This document shows, in pieces, positions 49,409 through 58,608 of a DNA stretch of 64,000 nucleotides. The position numbers were made by a program, and so were the translations under genes. A model generated the notes under the pieces. That model did no database searches, was not told the DNA's origin, and saw only the letters and a program-made list of their open reading frames with translations. This stretch comes from Chloroflexota bacterium (GTDB lineage Bacteria > Chloroflexota > Limnocylindria > QHBO01): contig QHBO01000007.1 in the NCBI GenBank assembly GCA_003243965.1, positions 14,843 through 78,842 on the forward strand. Reading direction: 5' to 3'. How positions within the stretch are numbered: the stretch's first letter is position 1; each line of letters starts with the position of its first letter.

Positions 49409-50818
49409 ATGTCGATCGAGCTCAACCAGCAGCTCCAGCCGACTCTGCAGACGAAGGTCACGCCCAAGCAGATCGCGGCCAACTACATCCTGCAGATGAG
49501 CTCGGTTGAGCTGCAGGAGGCGGTCTCACAGGAACTTGACGAGAATCCGGCGCTGGAGATGCTCGAGCTTCCGACGTGCCCCATCTGTGGATCGCCGGTG
49601 ACGGGCAACTACTGCACCGAGTGCATGCCGCGCAAGGCGGCGGGCGACGGGCTGAGCGGGATGGTCGACGACCTCCCCGCCGACGTGCAGCAGCCGCTCC
49701 GCGACGAGGCCGACGACCTGGATCCGATCGCCCGCGCGGAGGCGGAATTCACCCTCGACGAACACCTGTTCTGGAACCTCCACGCCCTCCTCCCGACGGA
49801 CCTGCACCCGATTGCCGAGTACGCGATCGGGGCGCTCGATGAGAGCGGCTTCCTGACGGCCGGTGACGACGAGATCCGGGCCGCCACGGGGACGAGCCAG
49901 GAGCAGGTCGAGCAGGTGCTGAGCACCATGCGCGGACTGGAGCCGATCGGCATCGGGTCGCGGTCGATCGTGGAGAGCCTGCTGGCGCAGATCGAGTGGC
50001 TGCGCGAGACCGGCGAGATGGAGGTTCCCGCCGGCGCGGAGTCGGTGGTCCGCGACCACCTGACCCGCCTCGGCGAGCGCAAGTTCCGGGAGGTGGCCTC
50101 GGCGGTCGGCACCTCGGTCGATCAGGTGCTGGCGATCTGGGAGTTCGTGAAGACGAACCTCAACCCGTATCCCGCGTCGGCGTTCACCGCCGCCGTCACC
50201 GGCAACGGATCGCGAACGATCCTCCGTCCGGACGTCATCATTCGCGAGCTTGACGGCGAGCTGGTGGTCGAGGTCGTCGAGTCCCGGCGCTTCAACCTGC
50301 GCATCGCGCCGATCTACTCGTCACTCTCGTCGCAGCTGCGCAGCGGGGAGACGTCCGAGAACGACAAGCAGCATGTCCGCGAGTACGTGGGACGCGCCAA
50401 GTTCTTCATCGACAACATCAATCGCCGTCGCGCGACGATGCAGAAGATCGCCGAATGCCTGTGCGACCGGCAGCACGACTACCTGCTGCATGGCGTCCAG
50501 CACCTCGTGCCGCTGACCCGCGCAGAGGTCGGCGAGCTGATCGGGATGCACGAGTCGACGGTGAGCCGCGCGACCGCAGACAAGTTCGTGATGATCCCTT
50601 CCGGCGAGGTGGTCCCGTTCAGCCACTTCTTCACCGCCTCGCTCGGCGTCAAGGACCAGATCCGCAAGATGGTCGAGGCGGAGGATCCGGGGCGTCCGTA
50701 CTCAGATCAGGAGATCGCCGAGCTGCTCCTCGGCGACGGTGTCGCCATCGCGCGCCGCACGGTCGCCAAGTACCGCGACGAACTGCAGATCCTGCCCGCC
50801 CGGCTGCGACATCGGTAA
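49409..50818 (+). CDS. rpoN: RNA polymerase sigma-54 factor with zinc-ribbon insertion
   Basis: ELDENPALE, HESTVSRAT, SDQEIA, RpoN box ARRTVAKYR; CPICG..CTEC after region I. Confidence 0.92.
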   Translation: MSIELNQQLQPTLQTKVTPKQIAANYILQMSSVELQEAVSQELDENPALEMLELPTCPICGSPVTGNYCTECMPRKAAGDGLSGMVDDLPADVQQPLRDEADDLDPIARAEAEFTLDEHLFWNLHALLPTDLHPIAEYAIGALDESGFLTAGDDEIRAATGTSQEQVEQVLSTMRGLEPIGIGSRSIVESLLAQIEWLRETGEMEVPAGAESVVRDHLTRLGERKFREVASAVGTSVDQVLAIWEFVKTNLNPYPASAFTAAVTGNGSRTILRPDVIIRELDGELVVEVVESRRFNLRIAPIYSSLSSQLRSGETSENDKQHVREYVGRAKFFIDNINRRRATMQKIAECLCDRQHDYLLHGVQHLVPLTRAEVGELIGMHESTVSRATADKFVMIPSGEVVPFSHFFTASLGVKDQIRKMVEAEDPGRPYSDQEIAELLLGDGVAIARRTVAKYRDELQILPARLRHR

Positions 50819-50821
50819 GGC

Positions 50822-53029
50822 GTGAGGTCCGTCCTCCTTCGGACCATCGCGGTCTTCGGCATCGGCCTCGCTGGGCTCGCCGTGGTGCTCTATTACGCGA
50901 GCACTGTCGACAGCAAGCCCCCGGAGGTGAGGGGTGTCGCGCTGACCCAGCACCTGGGCAGCGATGACAACGTCGCACTGACCACCACCAGCATCCGGGT
51001 CGACTTCTCCGAGCTGGTCGAGCACGGCACCGCCGAGGCCGCCTTCCGTGTGCAGCCAGCCGTGCGCGGCACCTTCAGCTGGAGTGGCAGCGCCATGCTC
51101 TTCACCCCGGTGGCCCGCCTGCCGCTCGACACCTCGTTCACGGCGCGGGTGGCGCCCGGCGTCCAGGACCGCGCCGGTAACCGGATGGGCGCCGCATCGG
51201 CCGCCTACTCCTTTCGAACCGTGGGTCAGCCCAGCGTGGTGGCCAGCACTCCCGCCGCGGCGTCCCGGGGCGTTGCCCTCGACGCGAATCTCGAGATCCG
51301 GTTCTCGACGCTGATGGATACCGCAGCCGTGGAACGCGCCCTCGAGATCGTGCCGGCCACCGCGCACCGGCTGCGATGGAACGCCGAGCGGTTGACGATC
51401 ATCCCGATCGGCCCGCTGAGCCCGAGCACGGATTACCAGCTCAGCATCGGTCGGGGCGCGCGCGACGTCGGCGGACTGCCGCTCGGCGATCGCTTCTCGC
51501 TCACCTTTACGACCGCACCCTCCGGCGTGGCCGCCACCACGCTGGTCCCGGCGGACGGGACGCAGGGGATCGCCACCACGACCCCGATCGCCATCGTCTT
51601 CGACCGGGCGATCGATCCCGCGAGCATCTCGAACGAGACGGTTCGGATCACCCCCTCGGTCGCGGGCTCGGTTGAGGTGACTGCACCCGATGGCGCCGCC
51701 GGCATGGCGAACCGTGAACGACGTGTCCTGCGTTTCCAGCCTTCCGCACCGCTGGCTCCGACGACCACCTACGAGGTGAGCGTCGGCGTCGGCATTCGTG
51801 CCGCGGATGGCTCGCACCCCGACCGCCCGCTCAGCTGGTCCTTCACGACCGGCGCTCCGTCCGCGACCCTGAGCAACCAGATCATGTTCCTGACCGACCG
51901 CGGCGGCGTGGCGAACCTGTGGGCCATGAACCCCGATGGCACCAACCAGCGGCAGCTTTCGGCGGAGCTGTCACCGGTGGTGACCTACGCGATCGCGGCC
52001 GATGGCCGCTCGTTCGTCGTTGGCGACGGCGCCAGGCTCGTCGAACAACGGACCGATGGCAGCCAGCGTCGGGTGCTCACCGACGCCGGCAGCGTCGAAT
52101 TCGATCCGAGCTACGCTCCGGACGGCACGAAGATCGCTTTCGGGCGGGCCGATGCCACGACCGGGGCGGCGCTCGGAATCTGGGAGCGGGGCGTCGGCGG
52201 GGGTGATCCCCGCCAGCTGGTCGCTCCCGAGCAGCTTATCCCGAGCCCGGGTGGGTCCCCGGCGGTGCCGATCACTGATTCGCCTTCGCCTTCGCCGACG
52301 CCTTCGCCGACGCCTTCGCCGACGCCTTCGCCGACGCCTTCGCCGACATCGACATCCACTGCGACATCGACCGCTACACCGACCGCGACGGTGCCACTGC
52401 TGCGCGCCCCCGTGTACTCGCCGGAGGGTGGCCTCCTGGCCTTCGTCGACAATGCGGGTCGGGTCGACGTGTTGGACCTCGCCAGTGGCCGCATCACGAC
52501 CACGGCCTTCACCCCCACCTCGCCCCCGGTCTGGGTTGCCGACGGATCGGCGCTGCTGATGAGCGGCTTTCCTGAGGCGCGGCCGTGGCCGGCGCTGGCA
52601 CCCGGGCAGGTGCCCGCGCTCCTCGACCCCGACGGCCTCGGCCTGCTTCCGAATGACCTGTCGCGGATCCGGCTCGAGCGGCTCGACCTCGGGACCGGCC
52701 TGCGGTCCGGATTGGCGGCCGCTGGCGCAGCGCGGCCGGCCGCAGACCGCACGCGGGTGCTGTACACGGCGCTCAGCGCGGGCCGCGGCACCTCCGCCGG
52801 GGTGCTGTGGCTCACCGAGCCGGGAGGCGCGCCGACCCTCCAGCTCCTGCGGTCCAGCGTCCCGAACGTGATCAGCGCGGCATTCACCCCCGAGCCTGAC
52901 CGGGTGGTGGTCGCGCGGCAGGCGAGACAGGGCGCCAGCGCGGCGGGTGGCATCTGGCTGGCGAGCGCGTCGACCGGCGACGGGCAGCAGCTCAGCAGCG
53001 ATGGATGGCTGCCGCGCTGGCTGCCATGA
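50822..53029 (+). CDS. Surface protein with three Ig-like (Big_5) domains and a TolB-like propeller
   Basis: N-terminal TM/signal segment; repeated I.I.F...D and FTT motifs; WAMNPDGT, P.YAPDG. Confidence 0.75.
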   Translation: MRSVLLRTIAVFGIGLAGLAVVLYYASTVDSKPPEVRGVALTQHLGSDDNVALTTTSIRVDFSELVEHGTAEAAFRVQPAVRGTFSWSGSAMLFTPVARLPLDTSFTARVAPGVQDRAGNRMGAASAAYSFRTVGQPSVVASTPAAASRGVALDANLEIRFSTLMDTAAVERALEIVPATAHRLRWNAERLTIIPIGPLSPSTDYQLSIGRGARDVGGLPLGDRFSLTFTTAPSGVAATTLVPADGTQGIATTTPIAIVFDRAIDPASISNETVRITPSVAGSVEVTAPDGAAGMANRERRVLRFQPSAPLAPTTTYEVSVGVGIRAADGSHPDRPLSWSFTTGAPSATLSNQIMFLTDRGGVANLWAMNPDGTNQRQLSAELSPVVTYAIAADGRSFVVGDGARLVEQRTDGSQRRVLTDAGSVEFDPSYAPDGTKIAFGRADATTGAALGIWERGVGGGDPRQLVAPEQLIPSPGGSPAVPITDSPSPSPTPSPTPSPTPSPTPSPTSTSTATSTATPTATVPLLRAPVYSPEGGLLAFVDNAGRVDVLDLASGRITTTAFTPTSPPVWVADGSALLMSGFPEARPWPALAPGQVPALLDPDGLGLLPNDLSRIRLERLDLGTGLRSGLAAAGAARPAADRTRVLYTALSAGRGTSAGVLWLTEPGGAPTLQLLRSSVPNVISAAFTPEPDRVVVARQARQGASAAGGIWLASASTGDGQQLSSDGWLPRWLP
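52289..52348. repeat. 12-bp coding tandem repeat, 5 copies (PSPT linker)
   Basis: ccttcgccgacg units. Confidence 0.9.
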
Positions 53030-53157
53030 ACCCACTCCGGGGCCATGCTGCCGCTTCCGTTTGACCCGCCGAGCGGCCGCGGACTACCATGGCCGCCACC
53101 TTCGCTGGCGAGCGCATCCTGTGCGTGACCGCCGGCGTTTCCGTGTGTGGAGGATCC

Positions 53158-55356
53158 ATGGAGCTCCCGATTACGTGGGTGATCCCGGTGGCCGGACTGG
53201 CGGCCATCGCGTTCGCGCTGTACCTCGCCTGGGACGTGCTGCATCGGGACACCGGCACCGAGGCGATGCAGGAGATCGCGGAAATGATCTTCGAGGGTGC
53301 CGTGGCGTTCATTCGGCGCCAGTACCGGACCATCGGCCTGTTGGCCATCGGCGGCGCGATCGTGATCGGCGCGGTGATCGCCATCGTCGAGGGGCCATCG
53401 GTGGCCGACACCAGCATCAGCGGCCTGCCGCTCGGGATTCGGACTGGCATCGCCTTCCTGGTCGGAGCAGCCTGCTCGATGGCGTCGGGCATTATCGGGA
53501 TGTACATCAGCGTGCGCTCGAACCTGCGCACCGCAGCGGCAGCCAGGAGCAGCCTGGTGAGAGCGGTGCAGACCGCCATGCGCGGTGGGGCCGTCTCCGG
53601 CTTCCTGGTGGTGGCCCTTTCCCTTCTCGGGGTGTACGGCATCTTCGCGGCCTATGGAGGCTTCAGCACGCCGCGCGAGGCGCCATTCCTGATCGTCGGC
53701 TTCGGATTTGGCGCCAGCTTCGTGGCCCTCTTCGCGCAGCTCGGCGGCGGCATCTACACCAAGGCCGCCGATGTGGGCAGCGACCTGGTCGGCAAGGTCG
53801 AGGCCGGGATCCCCGAGGACGACCCGCGCAACGCGGGGGTGGTGGCCGACCTGGTCGGTGACAACGTCGGTGACTGCGCCGGTCGTGGTGCCGACCTGTT
53901 CGAGTCCACCGCCGCAGAGAACATCGGCGCCATGATCCTGGGGGTCGCGGTGTACAACATCGCGGCGTCCGCCGGCTGGCCACACCCGGAGGCGTGGATC
54001 TTCTTTCCCCTGGTCGTCCGGGCGTTCGGGCTGCTCGCCACCATCGTCGCCATATTCTTCGTCCGCGGCCGAGAGGACGAGGATCCGATGAACATGCTGA
54101 ACCGCGGCTACTGGGTCACCACACTGCTCTCGGTCGCGGGCCTGGCGCTCACCACCTCGGTGATGATGAACACCGGCGGCCAGTCCGGGCACAGCGGCAT
54201 CCCGGTGTGGCTCTGGTTCTTCGGCGCCGGCCTGGTCGGGCTGGCGACCAGCGTGGCCTTCGTGTACATCACCCAGTACTACACCTCCGGGTCGTGGCGG
54301 CCGGTGAAGGAGATCGCCGAGGCCTCGCGCACGGGGGCGGCAACGAACATCATCAGCGGCACGGCGGTCGGGTACGAGACGACGTTCGTGACGGCCATCA
54401 CCATCGGCATCGCCCTCATCGCCAGCCACTGGCTCGGAGAGCAGGCCGGGCTGCTGAACGCCGCCGGGCAGAACGTCGGCGGCATCTTCGGCACCGCGGT
54501 GGCCACCATGGGCATGCTGATGACCACCGCCTTCATCCTGGCGATGGACACCTTTGGCCCGATCACCGACAACGCGGGCGGCATCGCCGAGTTCAGCCGC
54601 GCGGAGGCGAGCGCCCGCGAGATCACAGATCGCCTCGACGCGGTCGGCAACACCACCAAGGCCCTGACCAAGGGTTATGCCATCGCGTCGGCGAGCCTCG
54701 CCGCCTTCCTGCTGTTCAGCGCCTACATCGACAAGGTCAACCTGATTCAGAGCCGCAGGGGCGGCGCGCTGCTCACCTCGGTCAACCTGGCCGACGTGAG
54801 CGTCTTCGTGGCGGCATTGATCGGCGCGATGCTGGTCTACTTCTTCAGCTCGCTCGCCATCCGCGCGGTCGGCACCGCGGCCCAGGCGATCATCGTCGAG
54901 GTCCGCCGCCAGTTCCGCGAGATGCCGGGGATCATGGATTACACGCAGCGCCCCGACTACGCGCGCGTGGTCGACATCACCACGCGGGCGGCGCTGCGCG
55001 AGATGGTGCTCCCCGGCGTGGTGGCGGTGGCGACCCCGATCGTGGTCGGCGTCGTGCTCGGCTATCAGGCGGTGGCCGGGCTGCTGATGGTCGGGACCAT
55101 CTCTGGCGTTCTGCTGGCGACCGTCCTCAACAACGGCGGCGGCGCGTGGGACAACGCCAAGAAGTACATCGAGTCCGGGCACCTGCTCGACCAGAATGGA
55201 GCGGTGATCGGCAAGAAGAGCGATGCGCACGCCGCGGCAGTCGTCGGCGACACGGTCGGCGACCCGTTCAAGGACACCGCCGGACCGTCGCTCCATGTGC
55301 TGGTCAAGCTGCTGGCGACGATCACCCTCGTCCTCGCCCCGCTGTTCATCCGCTGA
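53158..55356 (+). CDS. hppA: Membrane H+-translocating pyrophosphatase, K+-independent type
   Basis: GGGIYTKAADVGSDLVGKVE, DNVGD, GNTTKA (Lys at the K+-dependence position), GDTVGDPFKD. Confidence 0.95.
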   Translation: MELPITWVIPVAGLAAIAFALYLAWDVLHRDTGTEAMQEIAEMIFEGAVAFIRRQYRTIGLLAIGGAIVIGAVIAIVEGPSVADTSISGLPLGIRTGIAFLVGAACSMASGIIGMYISVRSNLRTAAAARSSLVRAVQTAMRGGAVSGFLVVALSLLGVYGIFAAYGGFSTPREAPFLIVGFGFGASFVALFAQLGGGIYTKAADVGSDLVGKVEAGIPEDDPRNAGVVADLVGDNVGDCAGRGADLFESTAAENIGAMILGVAVYNIAASAGWPHPEAWIFFPLVVRAFGLLATIVAIFFVRGREDEDPMNMLNRGYWVTTLLSVAGLALTTSVMMNTGGQSGHSGIPVWLWFFGAGLVGLATSVAFVYITQYYTSGSWRPVKEIAEASRTGAATNIISGTAVGYETTFVTAITIGIALIASHWLGEQAGLLNAAGQNVGGIFGTAVATMGMLMTTAFILAMDTFGPITDNAGGIAEFSRAEASAREITDRLDAVGNTTKALTKGYAIASASLAAFLLFSAYIDKVNLIQSRRGGALLTSVNLADVSVFVAALIGAMLVYFFSSLAIRAVGTAAQAIIVEVRRQFREMPGIMDYTQRPDYARVVDITTRAALREMVLPGVVAVATPIVVGVVLGYQAVAGLLMVGTISGVLLATVLNNGGGAWDNAKKYIESGHLLDQNGAVIGKKSDAHAAAVVGDTVGDPFKDTAGPSLHVLVKLLATITLVLAPLFIR

Positions 55357-55381
55357 GCGGGGCGTCGAGGGTGGCGAACCG

Positions 55382-56218
55382 ATGAGCCTGATCCTTCAGG
55401 CGGCGATCCTGGGCCTGGTCCAGGGGCTCACCGAGTTCCTGCCGGTCTCCTCATCGGCGCATCTGATCCTGGTCCCACGTCTCGCCGGCTGGAACGACCC
55501 GTTCCTCAACTCCGCGTCGTTCGACGTGATGCTGCACATGGGGACGCTGCTTGCGCTGCTGATCTACTTCTGGCGCGACCTGATCTCGCTGCTTGGGGCG
55601 TGGCTGGCGTCCATCCGTGAGCGATCCATCGCGAACGACCCGCGGCGCAGGCTCGCCTGGCTGCTGGTCATCTCGACCATCCCGGGCGCGGTGCTGGGGG
55701 CGCTCGGCGAGAGCTTCTTCGACACCTTCTTCCGACAGCACAGCCTAATTTGGATCGCGGCGCTGCTCGCGGTCGGTGCGCTCCTGCTCGCCGTGGCCGA
55801 ACGCGTTGGTCGCCACAATCGGCGCCTCGCCGACCTGCGTGTCCCCGATGCGGTGGGCATCGGTGCGGCGCAGGCCTTCGCGCTTTTCCCCGGGATCAGC
55901 CGCTCGGGGATCACCATCGCCGCCGCCCTCTTCGTCGGCCTCGAGCGCGAGGCGGCGGCGCGGTTCTCGTTCCTGATGGCGACACCGATCATCGCCGGTG
56001 CGGGCATCCTCAAGAGCCGCGAGCTGTTCTCCGGTGGGCTGCAGGCGGCCAACGTGGCGCCGCTGCTGGCCGGGCTCGTCTCGGCGGCCGTCGCCGGACT
56101 GGTGGCGGTCGCGTTCCTGCTCGCGTACCTCCGTCGGCGAAGCACGGCCCTGTTCATCGGCTACAGGCTCGTCCTGGCGGCCGTGCTGGTGGTCTTCGTG
56201 ATCGTCGCGCCGCGCTGA
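55382..56218 (+). CDS. uppP: Undecaprenyl-diphosphate phosphatase
   Basis: QGLTEFLPVSSSAH, PGISRSG.T, AARFSF. Confidence 0.96.
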   Translation: MSLILQAAILGLVQGLTEFLPVSSSAHLILVPRLAGWNDPFLNSASFDVMLHMGTLLALLIYFWRDLISLLGAWLASIRERSIANDPRRRLAWLLVISTIPGAVLGALGESFFDTFFRQHSLIWIAALLAVGALLLAVAERVGRHNRRLADLRVPDAVGIGAAQAFALFPGISRSGITIAAALFVGLEREAAARFSFLMATPIIAGAGILKSRELFSGGLQAANVAPLLAGLVSAAVAGLVAVAFLLAYLRRRSTALFIGYRLVLAAVLVVFVIVAPR

Positions 56219-56299
56219 GCCGGCGGCAGCCGCGCTGCGGAGCCGGCGGCAGCTCGGCAGTGCATCGGTTTGAGGCCGCTGGGTAGTCCGCTGCGTGCT

Positions 56300-56328
56300 T
56301 TGACACCGGTCGGGGTGAGGCCTACAAT
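56300..56328 (+). promoter_or_regulatory. Near-consensus sigma70 promoter of greA
   Basis: TTGACA-17 nt-TACAAT. Confidence 0.85.
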
Positions 56329-56384
56329 GCCGCGGCATTCGGCGCCGGGGCGCGTCGACCGCCCACTGGCCAAGGGCTCGGCCA

Positions 56385-56435
56385 GCTTCAGGACGTCGCC
56401 GCAGGGTGACAGGACCTGGAGCGTTTTTTGTTATT
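56385..56435 (+). terminator. Leader intrinsic terminator (attenuator) upstream of greA
   Basis: gcttcagg..gtcgcc-gcag-ggtgac..cctggagc followed by gttttttgttatt. Confidence 0.75.
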
Positions 56436-56519
56436 CACATCGGTGACGCCGCCAGCCCCCGCTTGGCGGCGCTCGTCCGGTCCTCACCCGGCACCGCGCA
56501 TGGACCTGAAAGGGGAGGA

Positions 56520-56981
56520 ATGAACAACAAGCCGGTCTACCTCACCGCCGAAGGGCTGGAGAAGCTCAAGGCGGAGCTCGAGCAGCTGATCACCGTGGAG
56601 CGGCCGCGGGTCGCGCAGCGCATCCACGAGGCAAAGCTCGACGGCGACATCAGTGAGAACGCCGAATACGAGGATGCCAAGCAGGAGCAATCCTTCCTGG
56701 AGGGGCGAATCGCCACGCTCGAGGGGCAGATCAAGAATGCCGCGGTCATCTCCGCCTCGAGCAGCGACCGGGTCGGGATCGGCTCGCGGGTGGTGATCAA
56801 GGATGCCGATGGCGAGGAGACGTTCACCATCGTGGGCTCCGCGGAGGCCGCACCGCGCGAGGGGCGGATCAGCAACGAGTCCCCGGTCGGCACCGCCCTG
56901 ATGGGTCACAAGAAGGGCGACAAGGTGACCGTCAACGCCCCTGCCGGACCGGTCGTCTATACCCTCGTCTCCATCGACTAG
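56520..56981 (+). CDS. greA: Transcription elongation factor GreA
   Basis: GDISENAEYEDAK, IS.ESPVG.AL. Confidence 0.97.
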   Translation: MNNKPVYLTAEGLEKLKAELEQLITVERPRVAQRIHEAKLDGDISENAEYEDAKQEQSFLEGRIATLEGQIKNAAVISASSSDRVGIGSRVVIKDADGEETFTIVGSAEAAPREGRISNESPVGTALMGHKKGDKVTVNAPAGPVVYTLVSID

Positions 56982-56991
56982 GCGCACAACC

Positions 56992-58608
56992 GTGTTCTGG
57001 GCCGACGAGATCGCGGCCGCAGCCACCGGCCAGCAGGTCGTCAACGACTCCAAGACGCCATCCGGGACGGCGACCGCCGGAAGCCTTCGGGGGCCGGTGA
57101 TCCACGACGTGGTGTGGCGTGCCCTGCGAGCCGCCGGAAGGCCGGTTCGATTCCTGTACGGCGTCGACGACCTCGATCCGATGGATTCGCAGTCGCTCCT
57201 CACGGCTGATGCGATCGCGCGCCAGATGGGAGTGCCGCTGGCCAACGTCCCGGCACCGGCCGGCAGCCAGGAGAAGAGCTTCGCCCGGCATTTCGTCGGT
57301 CGCCTCTTCCTACCGGTCTTCCAGCGGCTCGGCATCGACCCGGAGTTCTACTGGATGAGCGAGGTGTATCGGTCCGGCGCGATGGACCCCTATCTGCGCC
57401 TGGCGCTCGACCGTGCGGACGTGATCCGCGACCTGTATCGGCGCATCAGCAACGTCGAGCGCCCCGCCGGCTGGTTGCCGGTGTCGGTGATCTGCGAGCG
57501 CTGCGGCCGGATCGGTACCACGTCGGCCGCCGACTGGGACGGAAAGATGGTTTCGTATGCCTGTCTGCCCGATCACGTGCGCTGGGCGCAGGGATGCGGC
57601 AACCGCGGACGCGTCTCCCCGTTCGGGGGCGGTGCCAAGCTGCTGTTCAACGTCGACTGGGCGGCCCGCTGGAGCCTGTTCGGGGTCACCATCGAGGGCT
57701 GCGGTAAGGACCTGGCGACGGCCGGCGGCTCGCGCGACCGATCCGATGCGGTGGCGCGCGAGGTGTTCGAGCGCCCGCCTCCGCTCAACGTCACCTACGA
57801 GTTCCTGAACATCGGCGGCCGGAAAATGTCGACCTCGCGGGGAATCGGTTCGGCGGCGCACGAGATCGCAGAGGTGGTGCCCGGGGAGCAGCTTCGGCTG
57901 CTGTTCGTGCGCCCCCGGCCCAACCAGGTGATCGAGTTCGACCCGGTGGAGACCGACGCCATCCCGCGCCTCTTCGACGAGAGCGATCGCCTCGCCGCAG
58001 CCACTGCCGGCCGCGAGGTGCGCGGCGAGCTTCCGCAGAACCCGCAACGGCTGTTTGCCAGCTCGCAGGTCGACCCGGAGGCTGACATCGAGCTGGAGGC
58101 GAGCGCCTACCGGCCGCCGTTTGCGCACCTCGCCCTGCTGGTGCAGGTGCCCGGGGTCGTGGTCAGCGAGCGGGTCGCCGCCGAGAAGGGATCACCGCTC
58201 ACGAACCGCGAGCGGGAGATCCTCACCGAGCGGATGGCGGCCGCCGTGGCCTGGCTGGAGGGCTACGCCCCCGACCGCGCCCGGATCTCGGTGCACTACG
58301 ACCGCCTTCCTCCCGCGACTGACTCGCTGACCGATGCCCAGCGCGCCTATCTCGGCGCGCTGGCAGAGCAGGTCGCGACCAGCCCTACATGGAGCGGCGA
58401 GGCGCTCCAGGGGCTGATCTTCACGGTCGCCCGCGAGCGCACGCTCACTCCCGGTGACGCATTCGCGGCGATCTACGTCGCCTTTCTGGGCGTGGCCAGC
58501 GGGCCGCGCGCCGGCTGGTTGCTCGCCTCCCTGGAGCGGGCGTTCGTCGAGATCCGACTGCGGGACGCCGCGGCTCCGGGTCAGGCCGCGACGAGACCGC
58601 CCGGGTGA
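56992..58608 (+). CDS. lysS: Class I lysyl-tRNA synthetase
   Basis: FWADE, TPSG..GSLRG, DD.DPMD, CxxC, EGCGKD, YEF, KMSTS, SGPR.G. Confidence 0.9.
   Translation: MFWADEIAAAATGQQVVNDSKTPSGTATAGSLRGPVIHDVVWRALRAAGRPVRFLYGVDDLDPMDSQSLLTADAIARQMGVPLANVPAPAGSQEKSFARHFVGRLFLPVFQRLGIDPEFYWMSEVYRSGAMDPYLRLALDRADVIRDLYRRISNVERPAGWLPVSVICERCGRIGTTSAADWDGKMVSYACLPDHVRWAQGCGNRGRVSPFGGGAKLLFNVDWAARWSLFGVTIEGCGKDLATAGGSRDRSDAVAREVFERPPPLNVTYEFLNIGGRKMSTSRGIGSAAHEIAEVVPGEQLRLLFVRPRPNQVIEFDPVETDAIPRLFDESDRLAAATAGREVRGELPQNPQRLFASSQVDPEADIELEASAYRPPFAHLALLVQVPGVVVSERVAAEKGSPLTNREREILTERMAAAVAWLEGYAPDRARISVHYDRLPPATDSLTDAQRAYLGALAEQVATSPTWSGEALQGLIFTVARERTLTPGDAFAAIYVAFLGVASGPRAGWLLASLERAFVEIRLRDAAAPGQAATRPPG

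Noticed and set aside
52289-52348. 12-bp repeat considered as a phase-variation switch
   Set aside because: Unit length is a multiple of 3; ordinary Pro/Thr linker
52111-55296. Very long antisense ORFs (1061 aa here; also 58581-61418, 7835-9736, 19005-20873, 28253-30124)
   Set aside because: Shadow frames of real genes, expected in high-GC DNA; no recognisable motifs
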